Source of the DNA: Deltaproteobacteria bacterium | Lineage (GTDB): Bacteria; Desulfobacterota; Binatia; Bin18 | Assembly: GCA_016197285.1 (NCBI GenBank) | Contig: JACPWD010000019.1 | Span: 37,992 to 101,991, forward strand | Direction: 5' to 3' | DNA: 64,000 bases | In this document: positions 1 through 11,155 of the stretch, one piece after another | Layout of the letters: each line of letters begins with the position of its first letter | Position numbering within the stretch: position 1 is the stretch's first letter | Translations under genes and position numbers: made by a program | Notes under the pieces: generated by a model | Told to the model about the DNA's origin: nothing | Databases searched by the model: none | Seen by the model: only the letters and a program-made list of their open reading frames with translations

Positions 1-876
1 GACCCACACCTTGGGCAGGGGTTTGGCCCATTCTTTGTACACCATGACGCCGTGAGCGCGGGCTTCCGGGCCGATCAACAGCAGGGTCTCTTCCATAATT
101 TCGTCCACAGGTTCGCGCTGGAAATGCGGAGGCCGTGGGCGGGCGAATTCGAGGAACTGCTCGAGCAGCAGCGACATGCGGCGCAGTTCTCCTTGCATGA
201 CGTGCACGTCCGCGCCCAGGGGGCCGTCGGAGGGGAGTTCCTGAGCCATGGCGTACATCAACATACTCACCGTGTTGAGGGGGTTGCGGATCTCGTGAGC
301 CAGACCGGCGGATAGCTTCCCGAGCGACGCGAGTTTTTCCGACTGTCGCAGGTGCTCGCGTGCTTCCATTTCGTCGCGGTGTAAGGTCGCGTTTTCGATG
401 GCGATGGCGGATTGATTGGCGAGGAGGGTGAGCAGCCGCACCTCCTCTTCATCGAAGTGCCGTAGCTCGCTGGTATAGACATTGAGGACGCCGATGACCT
501 CGGTCTTGGTGCGGAGCGGGACGGAGAGCAGGGTGCAGAGACCCTCCTGCCGCGCCAACTCGGAGACCGAAGCGCGTGACTCTTTGCGGACATCGGGGAT
601 GTAGAGAGGCCGTCCGCTGCGGACGACCTCTCCAGTGAGGCTGGAGGCCAACTCCCGATCGGGTTGGGCGAGATAGGCAGGGCTCGCGCCGTAGGTCACG
701 GTGGGACGGAGCGTGCCAGCTTCCTTATCGACTAACAAGAGCGAGGCCACCTGCGCTTCCATGAGGCGGCAGGCATGAGCGACGACGCGCTGGAGCACCT
801 CGTCGAGGTGCAGAGTGGAGGTGATCTCCGTGCTGATGGAGATCAGGGCTTCAAGGTGCTCTTGCGACGCGTCCAT
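1..876 (-). CDS. GAF-domain sensor histidine kinase (NtrB-like), runs off the window edge
   Basis: Not in the ORF track. Manual translation from ATG at 876: MDASQEHLEALISIS..., GAF motifs (LLSVPL, IGVLNVY, QSAIAIENA), H-box LAHEIRNPLN. Confidence 0.9.
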   Translation of the reverse strand, partial: MDASQEHLEALISISTEITSTLHLDEVLQRVVAHACRLMEAQVASLLLVDKEAGTLRPTVTYGASPAYLAQPDRELASSLTGEVVRSGRPLYIPDVRKESRASVSELARQEGLCTLLSVPLRTKTEVIGVLNVYTSELRHFDEEEVRLLTLLANQSAIAIENATLHRDEMEAREHLRQSEKLASLGKLSAGLAHEIRNPLNTVSMLMYAMAQELPSDGPLGADVHVMQGELRRMSLLLEQFLEFARPRPPHFQREPVDEIMEETLLLIGPEARAHGVMVYKEWAKPLPKVWV

Positions 877-931
877 AGTCTGCTCACGTGGCTATCGAGG
901 TGCCGCGCACCGCCATGAAACACTGGCGAAT

Positions 932-2636
<1,705 letters not shown>

Positions 2637-2692
2637 CTCCTACCTCCCATCGTTATGGCTGTCTGGTGCCAAAATTTGGACGCCAGGCAATG

Positions 2693-2708
2693 AGCAATGC
2701 GTATGCCA
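2693..2708 (-). promoter_or_regulatory. sigma54 -24/-12 promoter of the porin-PII-kinase operon
   Basis: Minus strand TGGCATACGCATTGCT, GG-N10-GC. Confidence 0.8.
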
Positions 2709-2923
2709 GGCGCGCGCGCCGGAAAGTCCCCAAAAATTAAGCTCTCTTGAGCAGCAGATCGTCAGGGTGCCTAGAAGTAGGGCAGAGGGGCACGCGACTG
2801 CTTAAAGTCTGGACAGTTTCTTGGCCATTCGTTCGGTTGACAGTGCACATCCGATCGCCTAGTGTCTGTCGTACCGAAGGGGATACCCAATACTTGCCTG
2901 TACAAGGCGCAAAGGAGTGTGTT

Positions 2924-3529
2924 ATGGCCATGGCCACTGCGGATTTTGAAACTCGGCAGCTTTTGAAAGCCTACCGAAAAGGGTTGATCTCCGATGAGCT
3001 GTTCGAAGCCCAGATGAAAGAGGTCAATAACGGTCAATGCTTTTCTTACAACGGGAAGAGTTTTGCCACGGAGCGAGAGATGATCATGCATCTCATCGAC
3101 GAATTCCGCTGCGGCGAGAATTTTGCGGCGGAATATCTCCAGAAATGGGTCGATGTCAGCGATCAGGATTGCGTGAAAGGTGGCTTGCGCGTCGTGCAGC
3201 ATCGCGAAGCCTATCATGCGCAGATTCTCGAAGCCCGCCTCCGCGAGCTTGGTGGCGCACCGCAGTGCACCGTGCCGGCAGAGCGCCGGGAAAAAGAGCT
3301 GCCATTCTACAGCTCAGCGGAAACCAAGGACGCACAGAAGCTGCTGTCGATTGCCTCGCGCATTAGCGACCCTGTCGCCGTGCTCAAGCCGCTCAACGAC
3401 GCGATTGCGCAGATCACCGGGGATCAGCAGAGTAAGGAATTGCTGCGTTCGCTGGTCGACGACGAGATGTCGAGTGTGAAATGGCTGTTGGAAGCGTGTC
3501 AGATGATGAACGCGCCGCAGGCTGCGTAA
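2924..3529 (+). CDS. Ferritin-like four-helix bundle protein
   Basis: AAGGAG RBS; GENFA...REAYH...DEMSS carboxylate/His pattern; ARLRELGG. Confidence 0.7.
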   Translation: MAMATADFETRQLLKAYRKGLISDELFEAQMKEVNNGQCFSYNGKSFATEREMIMHLIDEFRCGENFAAEYLQKWVDVSDQDCVKGGLRVVQHREAYHAQILEARLRELGGAPQCTVPAERREKELPFYSSAETKDAQKLLSIASRISDPVAVLKPLNDAIAQITGDQQSKELLRSLVDDEMSSVKWLLEACQMMNAPQAA

Positions 3530-3638
3530 CGCCGCGCATAGACCAGGGGTGAGGAAACACCCTCACGAAAACCCGGCTGGGGACCATGCTTTCGCGAGAA
3601 GGCCTGCCCTAGTACTTCGTCCAGGTGGTTTTGGTGGA

Positions 3639-3788
3639 TGTCATTCCAGGCCCTTCGCTTTCGCTCATCCTGAGCGTAGCGCAGCGAAGTCGAAGGACGC
3701 TCAGGGTAAACTCCGCGACGAGGAATCTCAAGCAGGCAGAGGTAGCACGAGATTCCTCACCTTCACTTCGTTCTGGTTCGGAATAACA
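3639..3788. repeat. REP/REPIN-like palindromic element with a nested second palindrome
   Basis: TGTCATTCC...CGACGAGGAATCTC...GAGATTCCTC...GGAATAACA; a related copy lies at 44731-44823. Confidence 0.75.
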
Positions 3789-3881
3789 GCCCCTCATATT
3801 CAAACTGACAGGCTACTAGCCGACTGCCGCTCCAGTCCACCCACCTCTGCGAAGTCTGTTCCTCACCGCTCTTTCCCCTGC

Positions 3882-6800
3882 ATGTCCAATCCCGTTGCGC
3901 TCTCTCCCGCAGTTCTCCAGATTCTCCAGCCGTTGCGCGGCCAACTTGGCACCCGCTGGGAAGCTGTGCTGACCGGGGTTGCCCTCGCGCCTGACCCGGC
4001 ATTGGCGGCGGCAAGTTTCAGCCGTCTGCTCGAAGGTGGGCTCGGGTCCGGTGCCGTGCTGGAGTCCGCAACTTTGTGTAACGACTTGCTCTTCGTGCTG
4101 GGCTCCAGCCAACTCTTGTCGGGAGTGTTGAGTCGTCAGGGAGAAGGCTGGGAAGCGGTCTTTCTGGCTGACCGCACTGCTGCGCTCACAACCGTCGCCG
4201 CGCATCTGTCAGCATTGCACGAATCCCTGTCGTTCGCTCTTTCCGAGGACGAGTTCATGCGCGAGCTGCGTATCTATCGCAACCGCGAGTATTTCCGCAT
4301 TGGCCTGCGCGACCTGCTCGGGCTAGCCTCTTTGTCGGAGACCACCGCAGAATTGAGCTTCCTGGCCGAAGCCGTCGTGCAGATTGCCTACGAATACACT
4401 CGCGCCAGAGTGCGTGTTGCCTACGGTGAGGCGGTGGTACAGGAACAAGATGGCGTGCGTCCGCTTGGGTTCGTGGTGTTCGGTATGGGGAAATTAGGTG
4501 GAGTCGAGCTAAACTTTAGTTCGGACATCGACCTCATTTTTCTCTATGAACGCGACGCCGGTCTGACGACCGGTGGGGAAAAAGGCGCTGTCGAGCCCCG
4601 CATATTCTTTAGTCAGCTCGCGCAGGGACTCACCCGAGTGGTGAGTGAGCTGGTCGCCGGCGGGCGGGTCTTTCGCGTTGACTTGCGTCTTCGTCCTGAC
4701 GGGGTGAACGGCCCGATCGTGAATCCGCTGTCTAACGCCTTGCTTTATTACGAATCCTGGGGGCAAACCTGGGAGCGGGTCGCGCTGCTGAAAGCGCGGC
4801 CCATCGCCGGAGAGAAGGACCTCGGAGAGCAGTTTTTGCGCGATATCGCTCCGTTTGTGTTTCGTCGTTATCTCGACTTTTCCACCATTGAGGATATCAA
4901 AGGGATGAAAGCGCGGGTCGAACGTTCCCTGCGCGCGCCCGAGCGTGGCGGGATGAATGTGAAGTTGGGACGCGGCGGCATCCGCGAGATCGAATTTATC
5001 GTTCAAGCGCTCCAGTTGATCCACGCCGGAAAAGACGGGCGCGTCCGTGAACGCACCACGCTGCCGGCATTAGAGCGGCTGGTGGAGTGTCGCTATCTCG
5101 CGGCGGCGGATCGCGACACGCTGCGCGATGCCTATCGTTTCCTCCGCCATGTCGAGCACAAGTTGCAAATCGTCCAAGATCGCCAAACCCACACCTTGCC
5201 GGAAGATGAGGCCGGTATCCGCGCTTTAGCACGCCGTCTGCGCATCTCGGAACAGCAGGGACAAGTGGGAAGTGGAAAGTGGAAAGTGGAGAGTGACCGG
5301 GGGCCGGATGAGGCGGGGATGTTCTGGGCCGTGCTGCGCGCGCACATGGACGCCGTGCATCAGATCTTCAGCACGCTCTTTCACGACCAGGACGGGGCCG
5401 TGGCTCCGCCGCTTGGAGAGTTTTCCGAGCTGTTTCGTGAACTCCACCAGGAAGAACGTGTCATCTGGCGACTCCAGAAGTTGGGCTTCCAAGAATTGCC
5501 GGAAGCCTATGGCAACTTGCGGTTGTTGCACGATGGTCCGTCACACTCCCCGGCCACGCCCAAACGCCGAAAACTGTTATACGATCTCGCGCCGATGCTG
5601 CTGCAAGAAGTCGCGAAAGCCGCCGACCCGGATCGCGCCTTGGCCGCCATGGCGCATTTAGTGGCTTCGATCGGCGCGCGGTCGAGTTTCTTGGCGCTGC
5701 TCCGCGAAAACCCGCAGACGCTGCATACGCTGATTGGCCTCTTCGGGGCCAGCGCATATCTCACGCAAGTGTTCCTCCGCCATCCGGAGCTGCTCGACAG
5801 CCTCGTGCGCGCGGACTTGGTGCAAGTAAGCAAGGACAAGGAAACGATGCTGGCCGAACTCACGGCGCGCCTTGCCGAGGCCCGCGAGTTCGAGGACCGG
5901 CTGGATATGTTGCGGCGCTATCGCACCGAAGAATTTCTCCGCATCGGTATCAACGACAGCAATGGTTTGCTTGACGTGACCGACGTGACCGCGCAACTTA
6001 CCAGCCTGGCCGAGGTCTGTCTGGCCGGGGCGTACGAAGTCGCGCGCGTGGCGTTGATGGAACAGCTTGGCCTTGCATGTGTGCCCGGGCAACTGGCGAT
6101 CGTCGGCATGGGCAAGCTGGGCGCGGGAGAGCTGAATTATAATTCCGATCTCGATTTGATCTTCCTGTACGCTGCCGAGGAAGAGGAGGCGGCAAGTAGA
6201 ACAAGTGGAACGCTGAGCCCACAGGAATTTTTCACCAAGCTCGTCCAGCGTCTAATTTCCGTGCTCCAAGTGCAGACTCGGGAAGGGTACGTGTATAAGA
6301 TCGATACCCGCCTGCGTCCCTCGGGTCGCTCCGGGTCGCTGGTATCCTCGGTTGCCGCTTTCTTGCGTTATCACGAGACCAGCTCGCAGTTATGGGAGCG
6401 ACAAGCGTTAATCAAAGCGCGAGTGGTCGTTGGCGAGCCCGAGTTCCGCACTGTGGTGGAGACGGCGCTCGCAGGCATCGCCTATGCAGCGGGGATTGAC
6501 GCTGTCGGCGTGGCCGAGATCGACCGCTTGCGCGGGCGCATGGAACAAGAGCTGGCGCACGAACAGGCCGGACGTTTCAACATTAAGACGGGGCGTGGCG
6601 GCATTGTCGATATCGAGTTTCTTGTACAAATGCTGCAATTACGCTACGGTCAACGGCTTCCGACTTTGCGACAACGAGCGACACTTCCGGCGTTGCAGGC
6701 GTTGCACGAGGCCGGCGTGTTGTCTCAAGACGATTATCTGACGCTGACTCAGGGGTATCGCTTTCTGCGCACGGTGGAGAATCGCCTCCGGATCGAACAG

Positions 6801-6980
6801 GATCGGCCCGTGGAAGCGTTGGAGAGCGATGCCGCCTCCCTCACGCCTGTGGCACGGCGACTGGGGTACGAAGGCGAGGCGGCGGCGAGGCAGTTATTGA
6901 CGGAGTACCAGAGTCAGCGCGAGGCGATTCGCGCCTGCTATAGTCGTTGGTTCGCGCGGGAGAAAGGACAAGAAACATGA
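3882..6980 (+). CDS. glnE: Bifunctional glutamine synthetase adenylyltransferase/deadenylylase
   Basis: Two nucleotidyltransferase halves: GMGKLGGVELNFSSDIDL / GMGKLGAGELNYNSDLDL, DLRLRPDG / DTRLRPSG, WER motifs; start chosen at ATG 3882. Confidence 0.96.
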   Translation: MSNPVALSPAVLQILQPLRGQLGTRWEAVLTGVALAPDPALAAASFSRLLEGGLGSGAVLESATLCNDLLFVLGSSQLLSGVLSRQGEGWEAVFLADRTAALTTVAAHLSALHESLSFALSEDEFMRELRIYRNREYFRIGLRDLLGLASLSETTAELSFLAEAVVQIAYEYTRARVRVAYGEAVVQEQDGVRPLGFVVFGMGKLGGVELNFSSDIDLIFLYERDAGLTTGGEKGAVEPRIFFSQLAQGLTRVVSELVAGGRVFRVDLRLRPDGVNGPIVNPLSNALLYYESWGQTWERVALLKARPIAGEKDLGEQFLRDIAPFVFRRYLDFSTIEDIKGMKARVERSLRAPERGGMNVKLGRGGIREIEFIVQALQLIHAGKDGRVRERTTLPALERLVECRYLAAADRDTLRDAYRFLRHVEHKLQIVQDRQTHTLPEDEAGIRALARRLRISEQQGQVGSGKWKVESDRGPDEAGMFWAVLRAHMDAVHQIFSTLFHDQDGAVAPPLGEFSELFRELHQEERVIWRLQKLGFQELPEAYGNLRLLHDGPSHSPATPKRRKLLYDLAPMLLQEVAKAADPDRALAAMAHLVASIGARSSFLALLRENPQTLHTLIGLFGASAYLTQVFLRHPELLDSLVRADLVQVSKDKETMLAELTARLAEAREFEDRLDMLRRYRTEEFLRIGINDSNGLLDVTDVTAQLTSLAEVCLAGAYEVARVALMEQLGLACVPGQLAIVGMGKLGAGELNYNSDLDLIFLYAAEEEEAASRTSGTLSPQEFFTKLVQRLISVLQVQTREGYVYKIDTRLRPSGRSGSLVSSVAAFLRYHETSSQLWERQALIKARVVVGEPEFRTVVETALAGIAYAAGIDAVGVAEIDRLRGRMEQELAHEQAGRFNIKTGRGGIVDIEFLVQMLQLRYGQRLPTLRQRATLPALQALHEAGVLSQDDYLTLTQGYRFLRTVENRLRIEQDRPVEALESDAASLTPVARRLGYEGEAAARQLLTEYQSQREAIRACYSRWFAREKGQET
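5263..5297 (+). repeat. Heptamer tandem repeat (AAGTGGA)n inside glnE
   Basis: aagtggg aagtgga aagtgga aagtgga gagtgac. Confidence 0.8.
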
Positions 6981-8443
6981 CTACGGAACAGACGGAACAC
7001 ACAGAACAGGTAGAACAGGAACGGCCGGCGGCGACGGAGGATTTCGCGTCCATGCTCGCGCACGAAGAGCCGACGCCGGCACTGGTGGAAGGCCAAATCG
7101 TGAAAGGTCGCGTGGTGCAAATCAGCGACGACAGCGTGTTTGTGGATATCCAGGAAAAGGGCGAAGCTATCATCGCCCGCGCCGAACTCGAAGATAACCA
7201 GGGCAATCTGGAAGTTGGCGTCGATGACGAAGTCGAAGCCACCGTGATCAGTACCGATGGGGAAATTCGCCTGTCGCGCAAGCTGCTCAAAGGCATGAAA
7301 GCGCGCGCCCTGCTGGAAAGCGCCGTCGCGAATGGCCTGCCGGTGGAAGGGAAGGTTATGGGTGTCGTCAAAGGTGGATACGAGATTGCCGTCGCCGGAC
7401 TGCGCGCTTTCTGCCCCTTCTCGCAAATCGATATGCGCCGGGTAGAGTCGTCGGATATCTATCTTAATCAGGTGCTGGAGTTTCGCGTGTCTCGCTACGG
7501 CGACAACGGACGGAATATCGTGCTCTCCCGCCGGCAGTTGCTCGAAGAAGCGGCACGAAAAGCTGCCGACGAGGTGCGTCAGAAAATCGTCCCTGGTGCG
7601 GTGTTGCCGGGAACGGTCTCCTCGCTGACGGATTTCGGTGCCTTCGTGGACCTGGGCGGCATCCAGGGGTTGGTGCATGTGTCCGAGCTGTCCCATTCGC
7701 GTGTGGCCAAAGCCGCCGATCTGCTCCAGGTCGGCCAGAACGTGACCGTGAAAGTGCTCAAGGTTGACGAGAAGAGCGGCAAAGGAAAGATCTCGCTCAG
7801 CATGAAAGCCCTGGAAGGCGATCCCTGGACAGCGGTGGCCGGGCAGTTGCGCGAACGGCAACTCGTCAAAGGTCGCATCGTGCGGGCCATGGATTTCGGC
7901 GCGTTCGTGGAGTTGCTCCCCGGCGTGGATGGGTTGTTGCACTTGAGCGAAGTGCCGCGCAACCTGCAAGGACAAGTCAGAGAGGCGGCGGAGAAACAAG
8001 AAGAAGTCACGGTGCTGATCCTCGGCATCGACCAGGAAAAAAAGCGCATTTCGCTTGCACTTGCCCCCGAAGGGAGCGAACCCGGCGGACAGTTGGAATC
8101 CACGGTGGCGGTAGGCTCGGTCATGACCGGGACTGTGGATCGCGTGGAACCGTTTGGCCTGTTCGTGCGGATCGGACCTGGACAGACCGGGTTGATCCCG
8201 AACGCCGAGATGGGGACGCAGCGTGGTGCCGACCATCGTCGAGAGTTCGCTCCAGGGACGGAAGTCGAAGTGCTGGTGCTAGGGATCGAGGAAGGGGGGA
8301 AGCGGATTCGCCTCTCGCGCTCGAAGGCACAGGCGCAGAAAGAGCAGGTGGAAACCCAAGCCTACCTCAAGGGTGCCGTGCCGAAAGGTCGGGGATTCGG
8401 TGTGACCCTGGGCGATCTTCTTCAGCAGAGTCGGAAGAGATAA
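6977..8443 (+). CDS. Multi-S1-domain protein (ribosomal protein S1 family)
   Basis: Repeated FGAFVDLGG/GLVHVSEL, FGAFVELLPGVDGLLH, FGLFVRI; ATGA overlap with glnE. Confidence 0.9.
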   Translation: MTTEQTEHTEQVEQERPAATEDFASMLAHEEPTPALVEGQIVKGRVVQISDDSVFVDIQEKGEAIIARAELEDNQGNLEVGVDDEVEATVISTDGEIRLSRKLLKGMKARALLESAVANGLPVEGKVMGVVKGGYEIAVAGLRAFCPFSQIDMRRVESSDIYLNQVLEFRVSRYGDNGRNIVLSRRQLLEEAARKAADEVRQKIVPGAVLPGTVSSLTDFGAFVDLGGIQGLVHVSELSHSRVAKAADLLQVGQNVTVKVLKVDEKSGKGKISLSMKALEGDPWTAVAGQLRERQLVKGRIVRAMDFGAFVELLPGVDGLLHLSEVPRNLQGQVREAAEKQEEVTVLILGIDQEKKRISLALAPEGSEPGGQLESTVAVGSVMTGTVDRVEPFGLFVRIGPGQTGLIPNAEMGTQRGADHRREFAPGTEVEVLVLGIEEGGKRIRLSRSKAQAQKEQVETQAYLKGAVPKGRGFGVTLGDLLQQSRKR

Positions 8444-8503
8444 CTCGTCGGTGCAGTGTCTCGCCGGTCTTTCTGTATGAACGGGAAAACGAGGGATGGA
8501 GAG

Positions 8504-9820
8504 ATGACAGTCGATGCACGAGTCCATGCCGCCAGACGCGAAGCGTTTGTGCAAAAGATGGGTGCCGGGGTCGCGGTTTTTCCAGCGGCACCGGAGTCGA
8601 TTCGCTCGAACGATACCGGCTACCGCTATCGTCAGGACAACGACTTGTTCTATTTGACAGGCTTTCCCGAGCCAGAGGCGGTGTGTTTGCTCTCTCCCCA
8701 CCACGAGAGCGAGCGCTTCATCCTTTTCGTCCGTCCGCGCGATAAAGAGAAAGAGACGTGGACTGGACGCCGCTTCGGGGCCGAAGGCGCCAAAGAGATT
8801 TTTGGCGCGGATGCTGCCTACACCAGCGACAAGCTTGACGAAATCCTGCCTCAGCATTTGGCCACGGCGGAGCAGGTCTACTATAGCCTGGGCCGCGACG
8901 AGCGGATGAATGCGAAGATGCTCGATCTGATGGGGCGCGCGCGTATGATGCGCCCGCGCACTGGGAAAGGGCCGACATCGCTCCTCGATCCGGGCGAACT
9001 CCTGCACGACCTGCGGCTGTTCAAGTCCGAAGGTGAGTTAGGGCTGATGCAGCGGGCGATCACTGCCACCACTGCCGCTCACCATGCCGCTCTGACGCAA
9101 ACGCGGCCCGGCATGTACGAGTACGAGATCGAAGCCGTGTTGGAGTTCCAGTTTCGCCGCCACGGCGCGACGGGACCCGCCTATCCTTCGATCGTCGCTT
9201 CCGGCGCCAATGCCACGATTTTGCACTACATCGAGAACACGAGGCAGATGCAGGATGGCGATCTGCTTTTGATCGATGCGGCCTCGGAGTTCGGTTGCTA
9301 TTGTTCGGACGTGACGCGGACCTTCCCGGTGGGCGCGCGGTTTTCGCCGCTGCAACGCGAGGTGTACTCCCTCGTGCTTACCGCGCAAAAGGAAGCCACC
9401 GCCATGATTCGCCCCGGGGTCCGCTTTGATGACGTGCACCTGCGAGCGACGGAAATTCTGGTGGACGGACTGCGGGAGTTTGGCTTGCTCGCTGGAGAGA
9501 CCAAGGAGATCATCGAAAAAGGCGAGCAGCGCAAATTTTATATGCACCGCACCAGCCATTGGCTGGGGATGGACGTGCACGATGTCGGGGCCTACAAGAT
9601 CGGCGAGGAATCGCGTGTGCTGGAGCCCGGCATGGTGCTGACCGTCGAGCCAGGGATTTATATTGCCGAAGACGCCGAGGGGGTGGAAGAACGCTTCCGC
9701 GGCATTGGCATTCGTATCGAAGATGACGTACTGGTGACGGCCAACGGTCATGAAGTGTTGACCAAGGCGATTCCCAAAGAAATTGACGAGATCGAAGCGT
9801 TGCGGAAGGGGGCAGCATGA
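8504..9820 (+). CDS. pepP: Xaa-Pro aminopeptidase
   Basis: YRQDNDLFYLTGF, DVTRTFP, HWLGMDVHD, TVEPGIY, GIRIEDD. Confidence 0.95.
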   Translation: MTVDARVHAARREAFVQKMGAGVAVFPAAPESIRSNDTGYRYRQDNDLFYLTGFPEPEAVCLLSPHHESERFILFVRPRDKEKETWTGRRFGAEGAKEIFGADAAYTSDKLDEILPQHLATAEQVYYSLGRDERMNAKMLDLMGRARMMRPRTGKGPTSLLDPGELLHDLRLFKSEGELGLMQRAITATTAAHHAALTQTRPGMYEYEIEAVLEFQFRRHGATGPAYPSIVASGANATILHYIENTRQMQDGDLLLIDAASEFGCYCSDVTRTFPVGARFSPLQREVYSLVLTAQKEATAMIRPGVRFDDVHLRATEILVDGLREFGLLAGETKEIIEKGEQRKFYMHRTSHWLGMDVHDVGAYKIGEESRVLEPGMVLTVEPGIYIAEDAEGVEERFRGIGIRIEDDVLVTANGHEVLTKAIPKEIDEIEALRKGAA

Positions 9821-10230
9821 AACGGGGACGGCGTGGAAGTGGGATCATCGGGATTATCGGCGGCTGTACACTATTGGTTTGCGGCGGGTGCACGGTTCAA
9901 CAGCAGCAACAAGTCTTGGGAACGATCGGCCAAGTTATTCCTGGTGCTTCTCAATCGGTGTTCGGCGAGTCAGGTCCTTCCTCCTCGGAGTCGCAAGCCG
10001 CTGCTCCGGCACCGCGAGTCGATCCGAATCGTGTCGAAGCGCAGTTGGTGCTCTACACCCTGCAGCGCGCAATGAGCGACAATCCCTCACCGTTTCAGGA
10101 ATGCCTGGATAAAGCCGAGTGCAAATCCGCGCTGGCTGCGCACCTGATTCGTTTGCAAAAGCAGGCGATGAGTACGCTGGATCTGCCACCGGCGTATGAT
10201 CGCTACGATTTGAAGCGGGGGAAGGAATGA
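9817..10230 (+). CDS. Hypothetical exported protein/lipoprotein
   Basis: ATGA overlap with pepP; hydrophobic N-terminus with Cys. Confidence 0.6.
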   Translation: MKRGRRGSGIIGIIGGCTLLVCGGCTVQQQQQVLGTIGQVIPGASQSVFGESGPSSSESQAAAPAPRVDPNRVEAQLVLYTLQRAMSDNPSPFQECLDKAECKSALAAHLIRLQKQAMSTLDLPPAYDRYDLKRGKE

Positions 10231-10265
10231 CAAAGCCCGCCCTCGCCGTCGTTCCCCTGAAAGGC

Positions 10266-10318
10266 AGGGGCGGCTCGCCGAGCCGCCCGTGTAGGGGCGA
10301 GGTATGTCTCACCCCTAC
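10266..10318. repeat. GTAG-type REP palindromes between convergent genes
   Basis: GGGCGGCTCGCCGAGCCGCCC then GTAGGGGCGAGG...CACCCCTAC; a second copy lies at 15441. Confidence 0.65.
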
Positions 10319-10590
10319 TTCGCCGGATTATTCGCGTGCTTCTGTAAGTAGTCGAGTATCGTTGCGCGCTCATCCGGCGTGGGTAGCGGCACACGTCGCC
10401 GTTGCATTTCTACTTCCATGCGAGCGAGCATGAACTGCCACATATCGGCAGTGAGCAGGCTTGGAGCATAGAGTCGGTGGCACATCGAGCAGCGTTGCTG
10501 GTAGAGCTGCGCCGCAGGAGACTCAGGTTCCGGGAGAGAAGCGTTGCAACCGACAAGACTGGTCAAGGCTAACGCGAACATCAGCCACAT
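10315..10590 (-). CDS. Small monoheme c-type cytochrome lipoprotein
   Basis: Lipobox LVGC, CSMCH heme motif, downstream W..M..RM. Confidence 0.8.
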   Translation of the reverse strand: MWLMFALALTSLVGCNASLPEPESPAAQLYQQRCSMCHRLYAPSLLTADMWQFMLARMEVEMQRRRVPLPTPDERATILDYLQKHANNPAK

Positions 10591-10616
10591 CCCTTTTCCC
10601 CGCCTGTCTCTTTGCC

Positions 10617-11099
10617 TCAAAACTCCTCCCGACATACTGCCATCTGCCCGGGGATGTCTTCGATTAGCACCTCGATCGTTTGGATGCCGCCGCGCTGCTG
10701 TTGCAGCCGCTCGCGCAGACGGGCGACTAGGTAGCACGCAATTTCTTCCGATGAGGTATGGACGAGCGGCAAGAGACACACGTCTTGCCGAGGCAGGAGA
10801 AATTCCGTGCCGTCTTCGCAGCCGATATGCACGGCACCACCGCGCTCCTCAATCGTGAGACAGTCGCTCTCGCGCGGGAGCAGGGTGCGGAAGTGGAGTT
10901 GGGCGCATTCTTCCTCGGCGACTTTCTTTAAGACCAAGAAATCGACCACATAGCCGTCCGGCCCGACCGGGCCGCTGACCGTGACTTGCGCTTGATACGT
11001 ATGCCCATGCAGCGGCTCGCGAAACCCGCGAAACGCAATGAAGTGAGCAGCGGTGAAACGCAACATTTCTTTGCCGATCGATACGGAGAAAATGCTCAT
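10617..11099 (-). CDS. 6-pyruvoyl-tetrahydropterin synthase family (QueD/PTPS; ExxHGH PTPS-III type)
   Basis: FTAAHF, EPLHGHTY, VVDFLVLK, TSSEEIA. Confidence 0.85.
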   Translation of the reverse strand: MSIFSVSIGKEMLRFTAAHFIAFRGFREPLHGHTYQAQVTVSGPVGPDGYVVDFLVLKKVAEEECAQLHFRTLLPRESDCLTIEERGGAVHIGCEDGTEFLLPRQDVCLLPLVHTSSEEIACYLVARLRERLQQQRGGIQTIEVLIEDIPGQMAVCREEF

Positions 11100-11155
11100 G
11101 ATCGTCCTCGCGTAGTCATCTTCGCATGGTCATCTTCGATTGCTAGGAGAAAAGA

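Noticed and set aside
2786..2803. sigma54 promoter for the ferritin-like gene (GGCACGCGACTGC)
   Set aside because: GG-GC spacing is 9 nt from the GGCAC, not the required 10
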